A DNA stretch of 62,161 bases, counting the filler, from Rhabdomonas costata (lineage: Eukaryota): assembly GCA_019059605.1 (NCBI GenBank). It is 24 parts of 24 records of this genome, joined end to end, with 100 filler letters (N's around TTAATTAATTAA, not from the genome) between each part and the next. Parts side by side here need not be neighbours in the genome. Positions count along the whole stretch, not along the records: positions 10,387 to 12,879 come from JAHMHO010003145.1; positions 12,980 to 15,476 come from JAHMHO010003146.1; positions 15,577 to 18,070 come from JAHMHO010003147.1; positions 18,171 to 20,665 come from JAHMHO010003148.1; positions 20,766 to 23,260 come from JAHMHO010003149.1; positions 23,361 to 25,855 come from JAHMHO010003150.1; 18 more parts are not named here. One strand, written 5' to 3'. Positions 11,492-24,544 of the stretch are shown here, piece by piece; position 1 is the first letter of the stretch; each line of letters opens with the position of its first letter. A model generated the notes under the pieces. It was not told the DNA's origin and searched no databases. It saw only the letters and a list, made by a program, of their open reading frames with translations. The translations under genes were made by a program, and so were the position numbers.

Positions 11492-12821
11492 CTTCAGCAG
11501 CTCCGGAGGCCAATCCACCGCTAGCAGCCCCACCTGCACCGCCACGGCCCACTGCAAGGCCTGCTTAGCCGACTGGAAGGCCACCATGAAGCTGTCCCCG
11601 ACAGTCCTCACCTTTGCCGTGTGCATCAAAAGCGGGGACATGATGTCAGTAAAACCCGTCAGCTTGTCTATGTTCAATGTAACCCATGAAGGGTTTCTTC
11701 ACAGTGGGCAGTGGAGAATTTCACAGCCGTCTGAGTATCTCGTTCTGCCTCACATTTTACCACTTCCACGGCTCCTTATGGGGTTAAAATATTGTCCCTG
11801 TTGCCCCAAACCTGTGAAAGCAAGTGCAAAAAATTAATGGTTGACGCATACCCGATTCCGAAAACTCCACGGATAAGGAAACAATACACGGGAAAAGTAC
11901 TTGATGGTGAAGCTTGGTGGTCAACAATAAAGAAATGAGACAGAAGGGAATTAGAAGAGATAATGAACGTGCACTTGCACCTCGTAGCCGTGATGGCGCT
12001 TGATCAAGTCCCGCAGGACTTGGTTGTGGAGTGTCAGCGCGGCGCTCATTGCCGTGGAGCACGCATCCCAAAGGTGAGCAGACCCCTAAGAAGCCCACAG
12101 AAAAGAGATACAGAATACGCCCTGGAACGTCACCGAACGTTTATATACGGGGTGACAATGGAAATCTTTCCCGGCAGGTGGCGCCCATTCCCACTCATTC
12201 ATCTGGCAATGATGGTGACATCAAATCCAGCGATATAGCCCCAACCCTATTTCAGCCCCCTTTCCTCCGTGGATGCACAGAGCAAAGGCTGCATATCCAC
12301 GATCCTGACAAACGCTGAGGCAGGGTGGGATGCGGCACGCGGACCTGGATGTTTGTGAACGCCAGTGCGACCTTTCCTGTGGGCGCCTCCGGCGGTACCT
12401 CTGGGGGAGCAGCGAACAAGGTGCACCGCCGAGGGCTTGGAGGTACCTTACTCAGGTCACCGGAGGCAAAGGTATTGGCACGCGGCCGACGGGCCCGGTT
12501 GGGGGAGACCGAGGGAAGCTCTGCCAAGCGTGGGGGAGCCAACTCCCCTTTGGTGGGGCTGCCGATCGCAGAGAAGGAAGGGGATGACGCCGCCGGCTTG
12601 GCCGAGGCAGAGAACACGCCCGAGCCTACGGCGAAGCCCGGCGCGAAGCCGGGCACGGGGCTGCTCATGACGGAGCTACTGCATGAGCACCCACAGGTGG
12701 GGCAGGGAGGGCCCATGGAACAGCGCCCCACGGAAACCTCTCCTGAGAAAAACAACCCTTTGGAATCGAAGCCACCAACAGCGCAAAGGCTTCCGCTGCG
12801 GGCATGGAGGCCCCTTGCACC
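11492..12821 (-). CDS. Class III adenylate/guanylate cyclase domain protein, partial; exons 12821-12345, 12085-11981, 11611-11492
   Basis: Spliced product PEAPTGKVALAFTNIQ|GSAHLWDACSTAMSAALTLHNQVLRDLIKRHHGYE|VRTVGDSFMVAF...VDWPPELLK, of fungal/euglenozoan/amoebozoan cyclase type. Confidence 0.9.
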
Positions 12822-13167
12822 CTGAAAGGGCTTGTCTGGACATTTCAACATGTGAATGTGATAAACGATGACACACACANNNNNNNNNNNNNNNNNNNNN
12901 NNNNNNNNNNNNNNNNNNNNNNNTTAATTAATTAANNNNNNNNNNNNNNNNNNNNNNNNNNNNNNNNNNNNNNNNNNNNCCTGCTCCTCTCCCTGGCTGA
13001 GTTGTTGGTGTGTTCCCTCAACTGTGCACACCTCTTTTCTGACTAGCACCTTAGCCATTATTTTTGGTCCTGTTTTCGTCTGGTGGAAAAATTCAATTCA
13101 ATTCAATTCAATGCAACCATGACCAACATATGGCAAAAGCAGAAACCAGAGTTTTATAAAAAAACAC

Positions 13168-13550
13168 CTGCGGGTCAAGCCTCAAGTACTCAGGAGCCCG
13201 GCCCCCCGGAATCACCAGGCCGTCGTAGGTGCTATGCGCGTTGGCCGCAACCTCGCTGAACGTGGCGTTGAGAGTGAATCCATGGCCCAGGCGCTCCACG
13301 TACGTCTGGTCCCCCTCAAAGTCGTGAACTGCAGTCTTGACCTTCTCCCCAGCCTTGCGTTTCGGGCACACCGCGTGCACTGTGATCCCTAAAGCCTGCA
13401 AGGCTTGGAAGGGCACCATTGCCTGCAAACAAAGAAAACAAAGCGAGGAAGTTTAGGTATCAGAGCATTTTTGAAAAACGTTGAAAACCCAGCGAAGACC
13501 TCGTAATCCTCAACGAAATCTCCAACCAGCATCAAAACTTTTGGTGCCAT
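13168..13550 (-). CDS. DJ-1/PfpI family protein (PfpI / plant DJ-1D-like), 3'-partial; exons 13550-13500, 13422-13168
   Basis: [25 protein letters not shown]...[18 protein letters not shown]...[16 protein letters not shown]. Confidence 0.93.
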
Positions 13551-14428
13551 CTTTTGTGATTCTGGAAACACTGCCACAGATGATGAAAGACAAACGGCAA
13601 AATGTAGCCAAGTTCTGCCTCAGGATTCACGCGACCACGCACATCGCACAAACAAAAACTCCTGTCCCCTTAATCAATATTCAGCTAAAAATGTGAAATA
13701 TAAAAATATCGGGGAGAGGGCTCCATCATCCGCTGTTTGATATGTTGCCACCCTGGCAGTGGAGGAGGACGCACTCACTCTGAAACCAAATCCAAAACTT
13801 TCAACCAAATGAAATTAATCTTCACTGGGCGCTTTTTGTGGAGTCAATAAACTTCCTATGAAATCCCATGAAAGGACGAAGGTTGGATCGCACTACAGAG
13901 TGCTGTGAAGTGCGACAGCGGTAGGTTTGTAAACAAAATGTACCTCCCCAATTGTTTTCAAAATTGAAAATACTTGGAAAATATGAATCAAGTTTAATAC
14001 AGAGCTTAAAACAAATTTAAGATATTCTGGGCATCGTCTTTTGTTTTTGAATGGTGAAGAAGTATGTCTGAATACTCGCTCTCCTGCCTGCCGTCTGGTT
14101 TTTTGTTGAGGAAGTCAACATAACGAGGAAGAATGCCGTTCTCCAATGATAGTCTTCCCTACATTGATCCACGGGACCTACCATCGAAGCGCAAAGCACA
14201 CGGCAGGAAGCGTGGGGCTCCAATATAGGTGAAAGAGCGGGGAAAGAACGAGGAAACAATCCCGCAAAATCCGATGAATAACAGTCCTGTGTTTCATTTC
14301 GACCCCTTAAAAACTATCTGGAAAAAAGGGCAGGCCGAATACAGTGGCCCGTTGTTCTCTTTTAATAGTGACGTGTGACCTTACCTTCCCCGTGACCCAT
14401 GTCCCCTGTTTCCTTCACTTACTTGCAG

Positions 14429-15429
14429 AAAGAAGAAGCCTGTGAAGGCGGCTGAGTCGGACAGTGAAGAGAGCTCCTCAGGGGACGAGGTTCACAAACG
14501 TTTCACACACACTTTCACACACGCAAAGGCAAAGCGGCAAAGGGAAATTAGCCATGAATATCATCGACAAAAGGTGCACGGCATTTGCTGCGAGCCACTG
14601 ACAACGGCAGCATCTTTGTGTGTTGTTTAGTGGAGCAGCGTGTGAGCGAAAAGGTAAATACTTTTCTATTCTTTCAAAAAAAAGCCAGCTGACGAGAGCG
14701 AACAATGGTAAACGAAGAGGAAAAGAATGAGGAATGGGGAGGGGAGCAAGCAGGAAGTTTTTGGCAGCGACACGATACGAAAGTGCGTTCAAATGAAAAA
14801 AGTCATGTTTCGAAATGCAAAACAGAGTGAACGAAAGCGATAGGTTACGGTTTGTAGGGGCTGCGGTGAAATTGTCTTGTTGTGCACATTCAGGGAGAGC
14901 AGCCCACAGCACCGGAGGCGGCCCCTGCAGCAGAAGCCCCTCCAGCTCCAGACTTGAATTCTGACTCGGATGATGCGACCAGCGCCCCAAGGCGGCCTCC
15001 TATCATTGTCGAATACTGCCCTGGTACCTTGTAATTCCTGCTCTCGCCTTTGGTGAGTGTCTTAATCAGGGTTGCGTTGAGCTTTGAATTGATTGAATGC
15101 AACCTTGAACTGCCTGATTTTTTAAACTGGTCACTTTGAACTGAGGCGGAAGTTTTTAAACATTCCATTCCATTCCATTCCATTCCATTCCATTCCATTC
15201 CATTCCATTCTATTTTTTCTTCACAGTAAATTTGCTGGCCGCATTGAACTCAGAACTGTTTATATTTAACATTGGGCTTTTAGCACTTCCACACTGAACT
15301 GTGAGGTCCGTTCAACCCTGTTCTCTTCACTTTTAGCTTGCTCATTTCCTGCGGAGTACTGTGAGTATTCGGGAATGCTGGAGAAGTGCAAGCCGTGGTT
15401 GGCGGAGTACTACAAGCGAAAAGCTGCTG
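14429..15429 (+). CDS. DENR: Density-regulated protein DENR/TMA22, partial; exons 14429-14489, 14894-15023, 15337-15429
   Basis: IVEYCP|ACSFPAEYCEYSGMLEKCKPWL matches the DENR N-terminal Zn motif; GT-AG junctions in phase. Confidence 0.8.
15161..15210 (+). repeat. (CATTC)n microsatellite in DENR intron
   Basis: Ten tandem CATTC units. Confidence 0.95.
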
Positions 15430-15831
15430 GTTTTCGTTACAAACACACTCACGTCCTTCCTGATCTCAAACCACACNNNNNNNNNNNNNNNNNNNNNNNN
15501 NNNNNNNNNNNNNNNNNNNNTTAATTAATTAANNNNNNNNNNNNNNNNNNNNNNNNNNNNNNNNNNNNNNNNNNNNGTTTTGTGGTCTGGGAAGTAGTGT
15601 GAATCACTTTCCCTTACATTATGTGGTACTGGGCACCAGGGATGTTGTCTGCTAATCTTAGAACACGGGGCAAGAAGATACAACAAAGATGAGTCAACAA
15701 CATCCCTGGTGCCCAGTACCACATAATGTAAGGGAAAGTGATTCACACTACTTCCCAGACCGAAAAACACATACAGCGAGATGATATACAAGCGAATCAA
15801 GGAGACATGTGGGCTGGTGCTTTTCGCATAC

Positions 15832-17130
15832 TTGTTCGTGGCATAGATGCCCACCGCCTTGCCCCCCGCGGCAATGGCGCCAAAGAAGGCGAGAAACCAC
15901 TCTGGGCTGTTGAAGCCAAGGATGGCCACCGACTGGTGAGCCTGGAACCCAGAGGCCAGCAGGCCACGGGCAACCGTAAACGCGTCCTGCCGGTACTGGG
16001 CCCAGGTCCACGTCACCCACTGCCCACCGCGTTCCGCTCGCAGCGCCGGCTGGTCACCTGCGGAAGGGAGTCGACCTCTATCGTTGTATTTCTGGCGTTT
16101 CGTTGAAAACGGCGCAGTGTGAGGCGACTTTTGGGGGGGAGAGGGGGTAAGGATCACAGAAAACCAACATAAGGTAGTCAACACCAGGTGCTCGGAGTTT
16201 GGAAATGCACTTATGCCATATATCACTTGCTTTTTAGGGGGATATGGTTGGGTAGGTACAAATGGTATGATGGCCTGATTCTTTTTTCGCGCCGTTGGTT
16301 TCCATCGGAAGGGGATGGACCAGATCGAATCAACTCTTTTTGTTTATTTTATTACCAACACCAGGATGAGCTTGATGAGTCAGGAGGCTTCGCTCAAAAT
16401 GGTGAGAGACAAGGGCAAGAGAAAAGAAATTTTCTTTTAAAGAAAGACACAAGTTGGAAAAGTCCCATTTTTTTACGGGGGGCTTCTTTTTTGGGCTTCA
16501 CTTGGGTCGTTGCACCCACGGCACTTCATCACTGCGAGCTTGGATCACGATTGCAAGAAAGGAACCCAGCTCCTGAACCACACAAAAGGGGAAACCCGCA
16601 CAAGGCGGTCCCAAACACCTGCTTGAGAGGACGCGCTGTCACGTAAAAAGATGGCTTCAGATGGCTTCTGTGCAAATCCATCGAGTACAGATTTTCATTT
16701 TCTCTCGCCCCTTCAATCAAAAAGATTGATAAAAATACCTTGCCCGTGTTCTTCACTCCACCCAGGACATCAGTAAATCACCGCGACAATGGGATCAAGA
16801 AGCGAATGGAAAAACACTCCATAATACAAAACAAAAGGAGATACATGCGGACACATATGAGACCTACGTCGCGTGTGGTCAAGCAAGTACGACAAGTGGT
16901 CGATGAACGCAGGCGACGTGTGAGCAAAATGCATCCGTAGAGAAATGGATACCCCACCACAACCCAAAACTACCACGAAGATGAGCGGCCTGAAACAAGG
17001 TCTCAACCAGGTTGGGGTAAAGCCTGCTGGCCACCCCAGTCTTCGCCAGCACGGGCTCCAGTACTGCCTCAGCAGACGTCACGAAGGGAGCGCGGCCCCC
17101 TGACCGCTGAGAAACTTCCACAGAAGACAT
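15832..17130 (-). CDS. Long-chain acyl-CoA synthetase (bubblegum/ACSBG-like), N-terminal exons 17130-16974, 16057-15832
   Basis: GDQPALRAERGGQWVTWTWAQY...VAILGFNSPEWFLAFFGAIAAGGKAVGIYATN. Confidence 0.88.
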
Positions 17131-19205
17131 TTCAAAACCCCCGATGCAGTGAAGAGCACTCAAAGAAATCCCGGAAAGACAGCGACTCACCGACAAGGTC
17201 GATCACGCTGCTTACACCCGTGGACAAAAAGAAGGAGGCAAAACGAAAAAAGAAAAGAACTCTTATGTGGGAAGTGATGCGTGACAGCAAAGCTTCCGCC
17301 TGACTTAGGCCTCCGAATACCTCAGCCTTGTGTCATCGCCCACAACTTAATGTCTAACGGTTTGCTCTTTTGGTTACATTCTGCTCAATTTTTGTTTGTT
17401 TTCCGTCCCTCCCCTCAACAACAAGAAACTATTACAGCTTCTGCATTGCTGAATTTATCACTTTCCGTCAGGTGCTTTACACTTTGGTGTGTGTTTCAAC
17501 CAAACAAGCTCGCGGCGAATGACGGCCGGGTGGGGTGACGACCCAAGCGATATAAAAAGATCAGAGAGAAGAGATGAAAAAACTGCGGCGCACACAAAAG
17601 TAAAACAGCGGAGACACCGGTTGGTGCATCGTGGAATGGACTTCATATAGCAGCTCCGGTCGAGAACCCAAAAATTCCAGTGGCCTGGATCACACAGCTT
17701 CATCCACGGCATTGTGTCTTCTCAAATAACCGTGAGTGACTGTCGCTTCTGCACACGCTTCCAAACGTGGCGGTTTCAGACGGCAAGGGGTTCAAGAGGT
17801 TCTGAAAGGCGCCAACTCATTCTCAGCAGAAGGAAAAACACGACCAACCCAACAAGCATCTTCCGCGGAAAAGCTAGGGTCCTGATAATTCAAGTGGAGC
17901 AGCCTCCGGGCAGTGCCCAAAACGGCCAGTGGCCGGAGAGGAGGGCAAAGCTTTCCCGTGCGAAAAGAAACACAACAGGACAGAAAGCAAGAGCGCGAGT
18001 GAGCAAGAAAAAAGAATACCCAAATCCAAGACATGCGCAACGGTGCAGAAAGGGGCATTGAACACCACAANNNNNNNNNNNNNNNNNNNNNNNNNNNNNN
18101 NNNNNNNNNNNNNNTTAATTAATTAANNNNNNNNNNNNNNNNNNNNNNNNNNNNNNNNNNNNNNNNNNNNTGCTATTCGACCCCCTTCAACTTCAACTGT
18201 TTTTGGTCCCTCCTTCGGGTCAAGGAATTTTGGACCCGCTCTCTATTGTTTTTTCAGTGCTACTCCCCGGTGACTCCGAGAAAAGGCTGGCAGGGGGTTA
18301 GAGGGCGATTCAATTGCCCCCTGAGATTCCAATGGAAGCGCTTTTGCAGGGGAGAGGGTTCACGAAGCGTTTCCACTCGGCGTTTGTTCTTGTCACAAGC
18401 TTGGTTGCGGGTGTGGTTCTTTCTTTCCTCCCATTCCTCGTTCATTTCTTCTTTCTGTCTTTTGCACTATAGTGTGGGTTTTGATCTCAGGAGGTCTCTG
18501 CTGTTCTGCTGTGAGTCCTTTCTCGGCTTTTCAACGGAGTTAGTCCGAGTTAGTCCCACCAAACTTTTCGTTTCCTGCAGCTCTGGCTCTGCGAGCACTT
18601 CCGGAGTAGCTCCCATGCAGCAGCTGGTGTTCATCGCTCTGGATCTTCTCACCGTGCGGGTGTACGCCTATGTGTGTGGATTGGTTCGTGTGAAAGTCTA
18701 GGCCGCGCCTTGTCGCTTGGGATTAGAATTTTGTGGGGCAGTGATTTCGTGCTACATAGCGTCGAAGTCGACAGTGTCGGTTCTCATGAGGATTAGCCTC
18801 TAGTTCACTATGTGTTGGGATAGGAGCTGAGATGCGCGCATGAGGAAAATGAGCGATGGGATGAGCGACGGCCAAAAGTTTTGAAAGTATCATATTCCAT
18901 GCACAGCAGAACGATAAGTGTTCGACAATGACAACCATGAGGTCGCCAATGGAAAGGGAAAGGGCATCTTACTGACTGAGACAATATGAGGTAGGACATA
19001 GTTAGTATCGGAGTCCCGGGATAATGTGCTCATGAAGTGCAGAAGTTCGTTCCAGTGACGGGTGTAGGTTTTGCTGTTTTTGTTTGCTTGGGTGCGAAGC
19101 TGACCTCAACCTTTGGATCCGAATATCTACAACATTTGGATACCCCACCCCCGTAACCTAACCCAATCCCCCAGTACGCTTGCCTGTTCATTTGAATACT
19201 TTGCA

Positions 19206-20190
19206 ATGGATGCGTGGGTTGTGCGTCAGCCCTGGCTGGAAGCAGAGCTGGACGCCTGCCTTGCCACCGCAGAGGAATCCATGGCCGTCGCAGCAGGCGC
19301 CACGGAGGACCCGTTCGGGCTCCTCACTAGCAGTATTCGCCTTATTTTTTTTACCTCCCCCGCCCTCAGCTCTCTGGAGAGATTTTGCTGCATATGGGGA
19401 ACCTAATGAGGATAACTTTGCTGCTCCTTGTTGATAGGAGGACATTGAAGATGGAAAGGGGGGTAGGCTTTAAGACTCACACTTCCCAGCAGAGGAAAGA
19501 TCAATGTTCTGGTAAGTAAGAAGACCGAAAGCCTTTCAGTTCTGTTTGCGAAGCTGCTTTCCTTTGCTTTTTTCAGTACGGATATGTTGCTCCGTCCCAT
19601 GAAGGGGCTACTCTGTTCCTAACATTGGGTACTTTACAGCGTTAGGGGGAAGGTTGGTGGAAACTTATTTTCGACGAAGGAACCGGCCGGCAAGTAATTT
19701 TCGAGAGTTCGATTATGTGCGGTATTGGTAAGCGTGTGTATGGAGCTCCCTGGAACGGCGGTGTAATGTGCCATTGAAATTTCCCAAGAACCTTCGCCCA
19801 GCAGCAGAGGGGTGATTCGCACCCCCGAGAAGCGGCCAGGCAGCGGCAGAGCAGATAAGACCTCCACCAAAACAATGTCATGTGGTCGTAGTGTGTGGGT
19901 GTGGGTGGGTGTGGCTGTGGCTGTGGCTGTGGCTGTGGCTGTGGCTGTGTTGCTGGGCAGATGCTGCTGTCTCGTCCACGGCAGTGCCATCCCCAGGCCC
20001 TTCCTCGTTGCACTCGGGGATGCCCCCGGTGTGGTCTGAGGAGCTTGGGGTGAACATTCCTGAGATGGATGCTCAGCACCGGCACATCGCGGAGGTGCTG
20101 GAGAGGCTGCACTCGGCTTGCCAGACGGGCGCCCAGGAGCACTGGGCCCTCTTCGCAGAGCTGCAGGCCTTGCTGGCCGAGCACTTTGCG
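19206..20190 (+). CDS. Hemerythrin-domain protein, 3'-partial; probable exons 19206-19332, 19789-~19884, 19961-20190
   Basis: VWSEELGVNIPEMDAQHRHI...LAEHFA matches the hemerythrin W..(x)..I..MD.QH and HF iron-ligand pattern. The upstream exons are phase-compatible but less certain. Confidence 0.78.
19906..19949 (+). repeat. (GTGGCT)n microsatellite in intron
   Basis: Tandem hexamers. Confidence 0.9.
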
Positions 20191-21664
20191 GTGATGTGAT
20201 TTGTGCAGCGGGAGGGAGGGAGGGAGCAGCGGATGAGTGCGATGATTTCCAAAAGAAAAGTGTTCTCTTTTATTTTCTTCAAAGTGGAAGGGGCAATTCC
20301 AGTGTTGACGTGCCCGGTTCTTTCCTGTGCACAAGTGAGAGAGGGCCCTGGAGACCCAACATTTTCGTTTCTGTTGTTCTATTGTTCATGTGTACGTGTT
20401 TGAATACCATGTGTTTGTGTTTTACTTTGCTTCACGTTCTCTTCTTTTCACACCGGAGTCCTCTCGCACACGTCACCTTCGGTGCGTTAATCCACCTCTT
20501 GTGCATCGTCGTCTCTCTTTTTCCGCCATCTTTGAACCTGAAGCAACTGAACCAACGCTCTCGTGCTGGCACAAGTTTGTTTCATTCTTGAGCCATGAGA
20601 AGTCTATCCCTCCTCACCACAAGGAAGCTGCAGAGAAGCTTATCCTCCTGCCCTTCACCACACACNNNNNNNNNNNNNNNNNNNNNNNNNNNNNNNNNNN
20701 NNNNNNNNNTTAATTAATTAANNNNNNNNNNNNNNNNNNNNNNNNNNNNNNNNNNNNNNNNNNNNCCCGAGCAATCCCCCCCCACCGGGGGGGGGGGCTT
20801 GGCGGTCACCACCCCACCTGCAGCCCCCTTTCGTAGCAACCCCTTCTGTGCGCCCCGTGTGAGTGGTGAGTGGGTTAGTCAGTGAGTGGGTGGGTCAGTG
20901 TCTCTGCACCTGTGCCCCCAACAAGGCTCGCTGCTCCCCCCGGTCGGTGGCTTTTTTCTCTTCCAGCAGTAGCCCGGTGCACTTGTACTTGCACAGATGC
21001 ACAATGCAGTCTTCCTGTTTCCATTTCTGGGAAAGGTAGGCCTCGCTCCCAGGCCGATGCGAAGCGGACGTGCACCTGTGGCTGCCACTGTCCTGGCTCC
21101 AGATGCCAGTCTCAGGGTGCCTCTATTCCGTATCTCCCTGCCCCCTCTCCGTTTCCTCGGGACTTGGAAGGGCGGAAGGGATCCTCGGGTCGCTCTTTGA
21201 ACCGGAGGGCTTATGTTATGTGCCCGCTAGGCCCTCTCCTGAGACGTGGCGTCAAGGGTGCGGCTTGGTGTGCGCAACTCTCTAACTCTCTCTCTGTAGG
21301 TCTCAGCCGCTTCTTTCCTCTTCATCGCTTGGATGGCATGCCCGCAGTTTCCCCCCTTTTTTTCGTGTAAATATCATTTGTCTGTTAGTGTCGAGTTCTG
21401 CTGCGGTGGCGGCTTTTTGCCAAAATGGAAAAGGGTACCGAAGGAGTGTCAGCCTGTGAGCTTTGAGCCCCACCGCACTCCTCTTATTTCCTCTTCTTGA
21501 GCAGCGTGCATATGCATTTTTGCTTCCGGTTTTGGGTGTCAGTTGTTAGGCAGAGGTGTTTATCGGTGTGGAGGATGAATGGATGGAGGGGGGTCAGCGG
21601 CGGTTCCGCTTGAACGAGCAACGAAGGATGCAAAGATATATCCCTTGATAAAATTCCGAGAACG

Positions 21665-21772
21665 AAGGAAGAGACAAAGCAAGAGAAGAGGAAGAGAAGA
21701 GAAGAGAAGAGTAGAGAAGAGAAGAGCAGAGCAGAAAAGAGAAGACGAAAAGAGGAGAAGAGAGAGAGGAGG
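21665..21772 (+). repeat. Purine-rich (GAAGA)n low-complexity tract
   Basis: Direct reading; lies just 3' of a probable minus-strand stop codon. Confidence 0.85.
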
Positions 21773-21784
21773 CCTTGACCTGCT

Positions 21785-22112
21785 TTAGGGCGTCGTAGGG
21801 GCGGTGGTTCCCTGTGAGGGCCTCTGCGCCCCTTCCCACGGTCTTCTGTGAACCACAACATCCGTGCTAATGCCAAACCGAAAGCAAGGCGGCCGCAACG
21901 GGGAGTGGGGGGTGGACAGGCCTTCCCCGACGCAAACACAGGACACGAACAGCGAGCCACGCAGCGCGTATCGGTATTGTGCACTGGCAGCTCAGCGCTA
22001 TTGTGCGGCGAAGACGCGCAGGGGTGGGGAGAAGGAGCGCACAGACCTTGGCCTGCTGAGGATTTGAGGGGCGCCATGCGGGACGAACAGGGGGCTCGTA
22101 CCGTACGCTCAC
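21785..22112 (-). CDS. Probable last two small exons of an unknown gene (22112-22047, 21811-21785)
   Basis: VSVRYEPPVRPAWRPSNPQQAK|GTTAPTTP*, phase-0 GT-AG junction; no homology recognised. Confidence 0.35.
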
Positions 22113-23439
22113 CTACCACGTCCATACGCCAAATCGTTGACCGAAAGGAACCAAACTCACAATGCCTCTTTGGGTGAAAGGGGAACCCTTGGGAGATCCT
22201 CAAACGGCATTTTACTTCCATGGATGGGATGGATGGGGAACGAGCGTAAAAGAAAACTCCCAGCGGTATATGTCCACCTCTCCTACAAAGGACTCTGCAA
22301 ACAGAGCAGAAAGCAACGAGTGCGCATGTAGAGGCCGAATGCTCCAATGCCCAAGCTCTTAAAAAAGTATCTCACATTTGGCAGCCAAAGAGAGGAGTCC
22401 TCCAACACACCTCATCCGACGGAATACTGCGAGAAAAGAGGGCAAAAAAGAAATCAGCCAGGTTTAAAAATCGAATGAATGTGTAAATTGGTTTTTATTT
22501 GCGTGGGTCTTCAATCGTCTGTCTCTGCGACTGTGTGTGGATCGCTCTCTGTTATTACTCTTTCAAGATGAGCTATTCTTGCAACATGGGGATCGCTCCG
22601 GCGGGCTCTAGGAAGGGAACGTGGTTTCAGGTCAAACCCTCAGGACAGGGCAGACAGGTTTTACCCGGCACCAACTACATCGACCGCTTTTCATTCGGAG
22701 CCACAGCAAAGGGGTCTTACCGCCGGTGCCATTGTTGAGCAGGTGTACCTTTAGCCTTCAGCAACGGGACGAGTGGCGCCGCTGTCTTTGATTAGATGGT
22801 TGCTTTGCTGTTGCCCACGGCTCCCCGTTTGTGTTGTGCCAGCCATCGCCGTCGCGAGCGACAATCGCATTTGAAGACACTTTAAAAGTCTTATTGGCGG
22901 GCCATGCATGGGGAAGGGATGGATGGATCCAGGGACACGAATGAATGAACGAGCTGATTGCCGATAGCCGTGCCGGACTGGGGCTGAAGCAGCGAAAGGA
23001 GACCAAACATTTTCAATAGTTTGTCCATTGTTCGCGGGGATGGTTTGCGCGAACAGAGGACGAGGAAGAGAGCAACAGCAAACAACACGATGGAGGAAGA
23101 TGCAGAGCAGAAAAGAAAACCAAAAAAGCACGCAGAAAAATGAAAAACCACCCCCACCTCCGGTCCGCGGGAACAGGCAACTTCTCAGGCTCCTGAAGCT
23201 GTGATCTGAAATAAAGAATGGAAAGAGCAACCGGAAAAGCAACTGAGGATACCAACCACANNNNNNNNNNNNNNNNNNNNNNNNNNNNNNNNNNNNNNNN
23301 NNNNTTAATTAATTAANNNNNNNNNNNNNNNNNNNNNNNNNNNNNNNNNNNNNNNNNNNNGGGTCTCGCATCATTTATCCATCCCAGGCGGTCCGTTAAA
23401 TGGGAAAAAATGGGGGAGGGGGCTGGTTACTTTGGGCAG

Positions 23440-23788
23440 GAGCAGCTCTCGGATCTGACGTTGGCTTATATTATGCCCGGGGTGGACAAAGAGTGCTACC
23501 TTACTGCTGAGACCGCGGAGCCCGATGAGGGCCAAGGCGATGACAATGGCCTGGGCAGTATCTCTTGCGGTATGCCGCAGCAGCAGGAACAGCGCCTTTT
23601 AGGGTATGTGTTGAAGTACAGTCTCTTTAACGCCTACATCTTGGCCGCCGTGCTCGAGCACTATCACGTCTTCGCGGAGCTTCAGAAAACATTGCAGGAA
23701 GGTACTGCGTCCCCTGCCCATCACCCAGCTATTAGGCAATGCCATTGGGTCACTTCAGCTGAGGGACAACAGAGTTCCGCTAATGTGG
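23440..23788 (+). CDS. Internal exon of a hypothetical protein
   Basis: CAG acceptor, open frame EQLSDLTLAYIMPGVDKECYL...SSANV, strong GTGAGT donor. Confidence 0.55.
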
Positions 23789-24544
23789 GTGAGTGATGTT
23801 GGTTGTTTTCCTTGTATCACAATGAACGCATCGACGCATTGACTGCTATGATGACAACAGTGAATCCCACAAGCCACAAATATAGCACTGTGGCCAACTA
23901 CTTGTTTGGGTTACTGGGACAGTGTCTGCCAAAACTCGATTCGAAAAAGCCCCATCACACAGTAAAAAATTCTTAATAATTCGTTTTCTCTTAGCTCCGT
24001 CATAGCCAAGTCTCCCATTGCCCACCCTTATACGAATTTTTACCTCTGAGTTTCTGAATTTTTTTTGGCATCCCCACCCCACTTACGCGCGTAGTACTTG
24101 AGCGCTGCTTCAATTTTTCATCATTTTTGGCCATTTTAAGCCAAAAATCACGTTTTGCCTTGATTTTGGCCCCTTTCGCCCACCAAAAAAAGCCAAATCG
24201 GACCCTTTTGGGGTTGCTCAACAACGCATATACCCTCCCCTTTTTCCCCAAGTGGTCAATGTTGTTCCACAATGGGGCACCTTGTCTCCCATAAAAACCG
24301 ACATTGAGCCAACCGGGGAGAGGGGGGCTCCAGCTGAGGAATTCTTGTCCGAAAAAAGTGCACTGTCAAATTGAGCTTTGCCGTATATTTGTGCGCGAAA
24401 GAAAAAGAGGAGAAGAACTATAGTAGGCTCCGCCGTGAACTGACACTTTTGTCACAGTTGGCCAGGCAAGGGACTGGTTCCGGTCCCAGCAGTATAATGC
24501 AAATTTCCAGTTTCAGGGATACCTTTTTTCAGACAGCGTGTTCT

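Noticed and set aside
20765-20805. C-run/G-run hairpin at a contig start
   Set aside because: Low-complexity homopolymer pairing at an assembly edge; no support for function.
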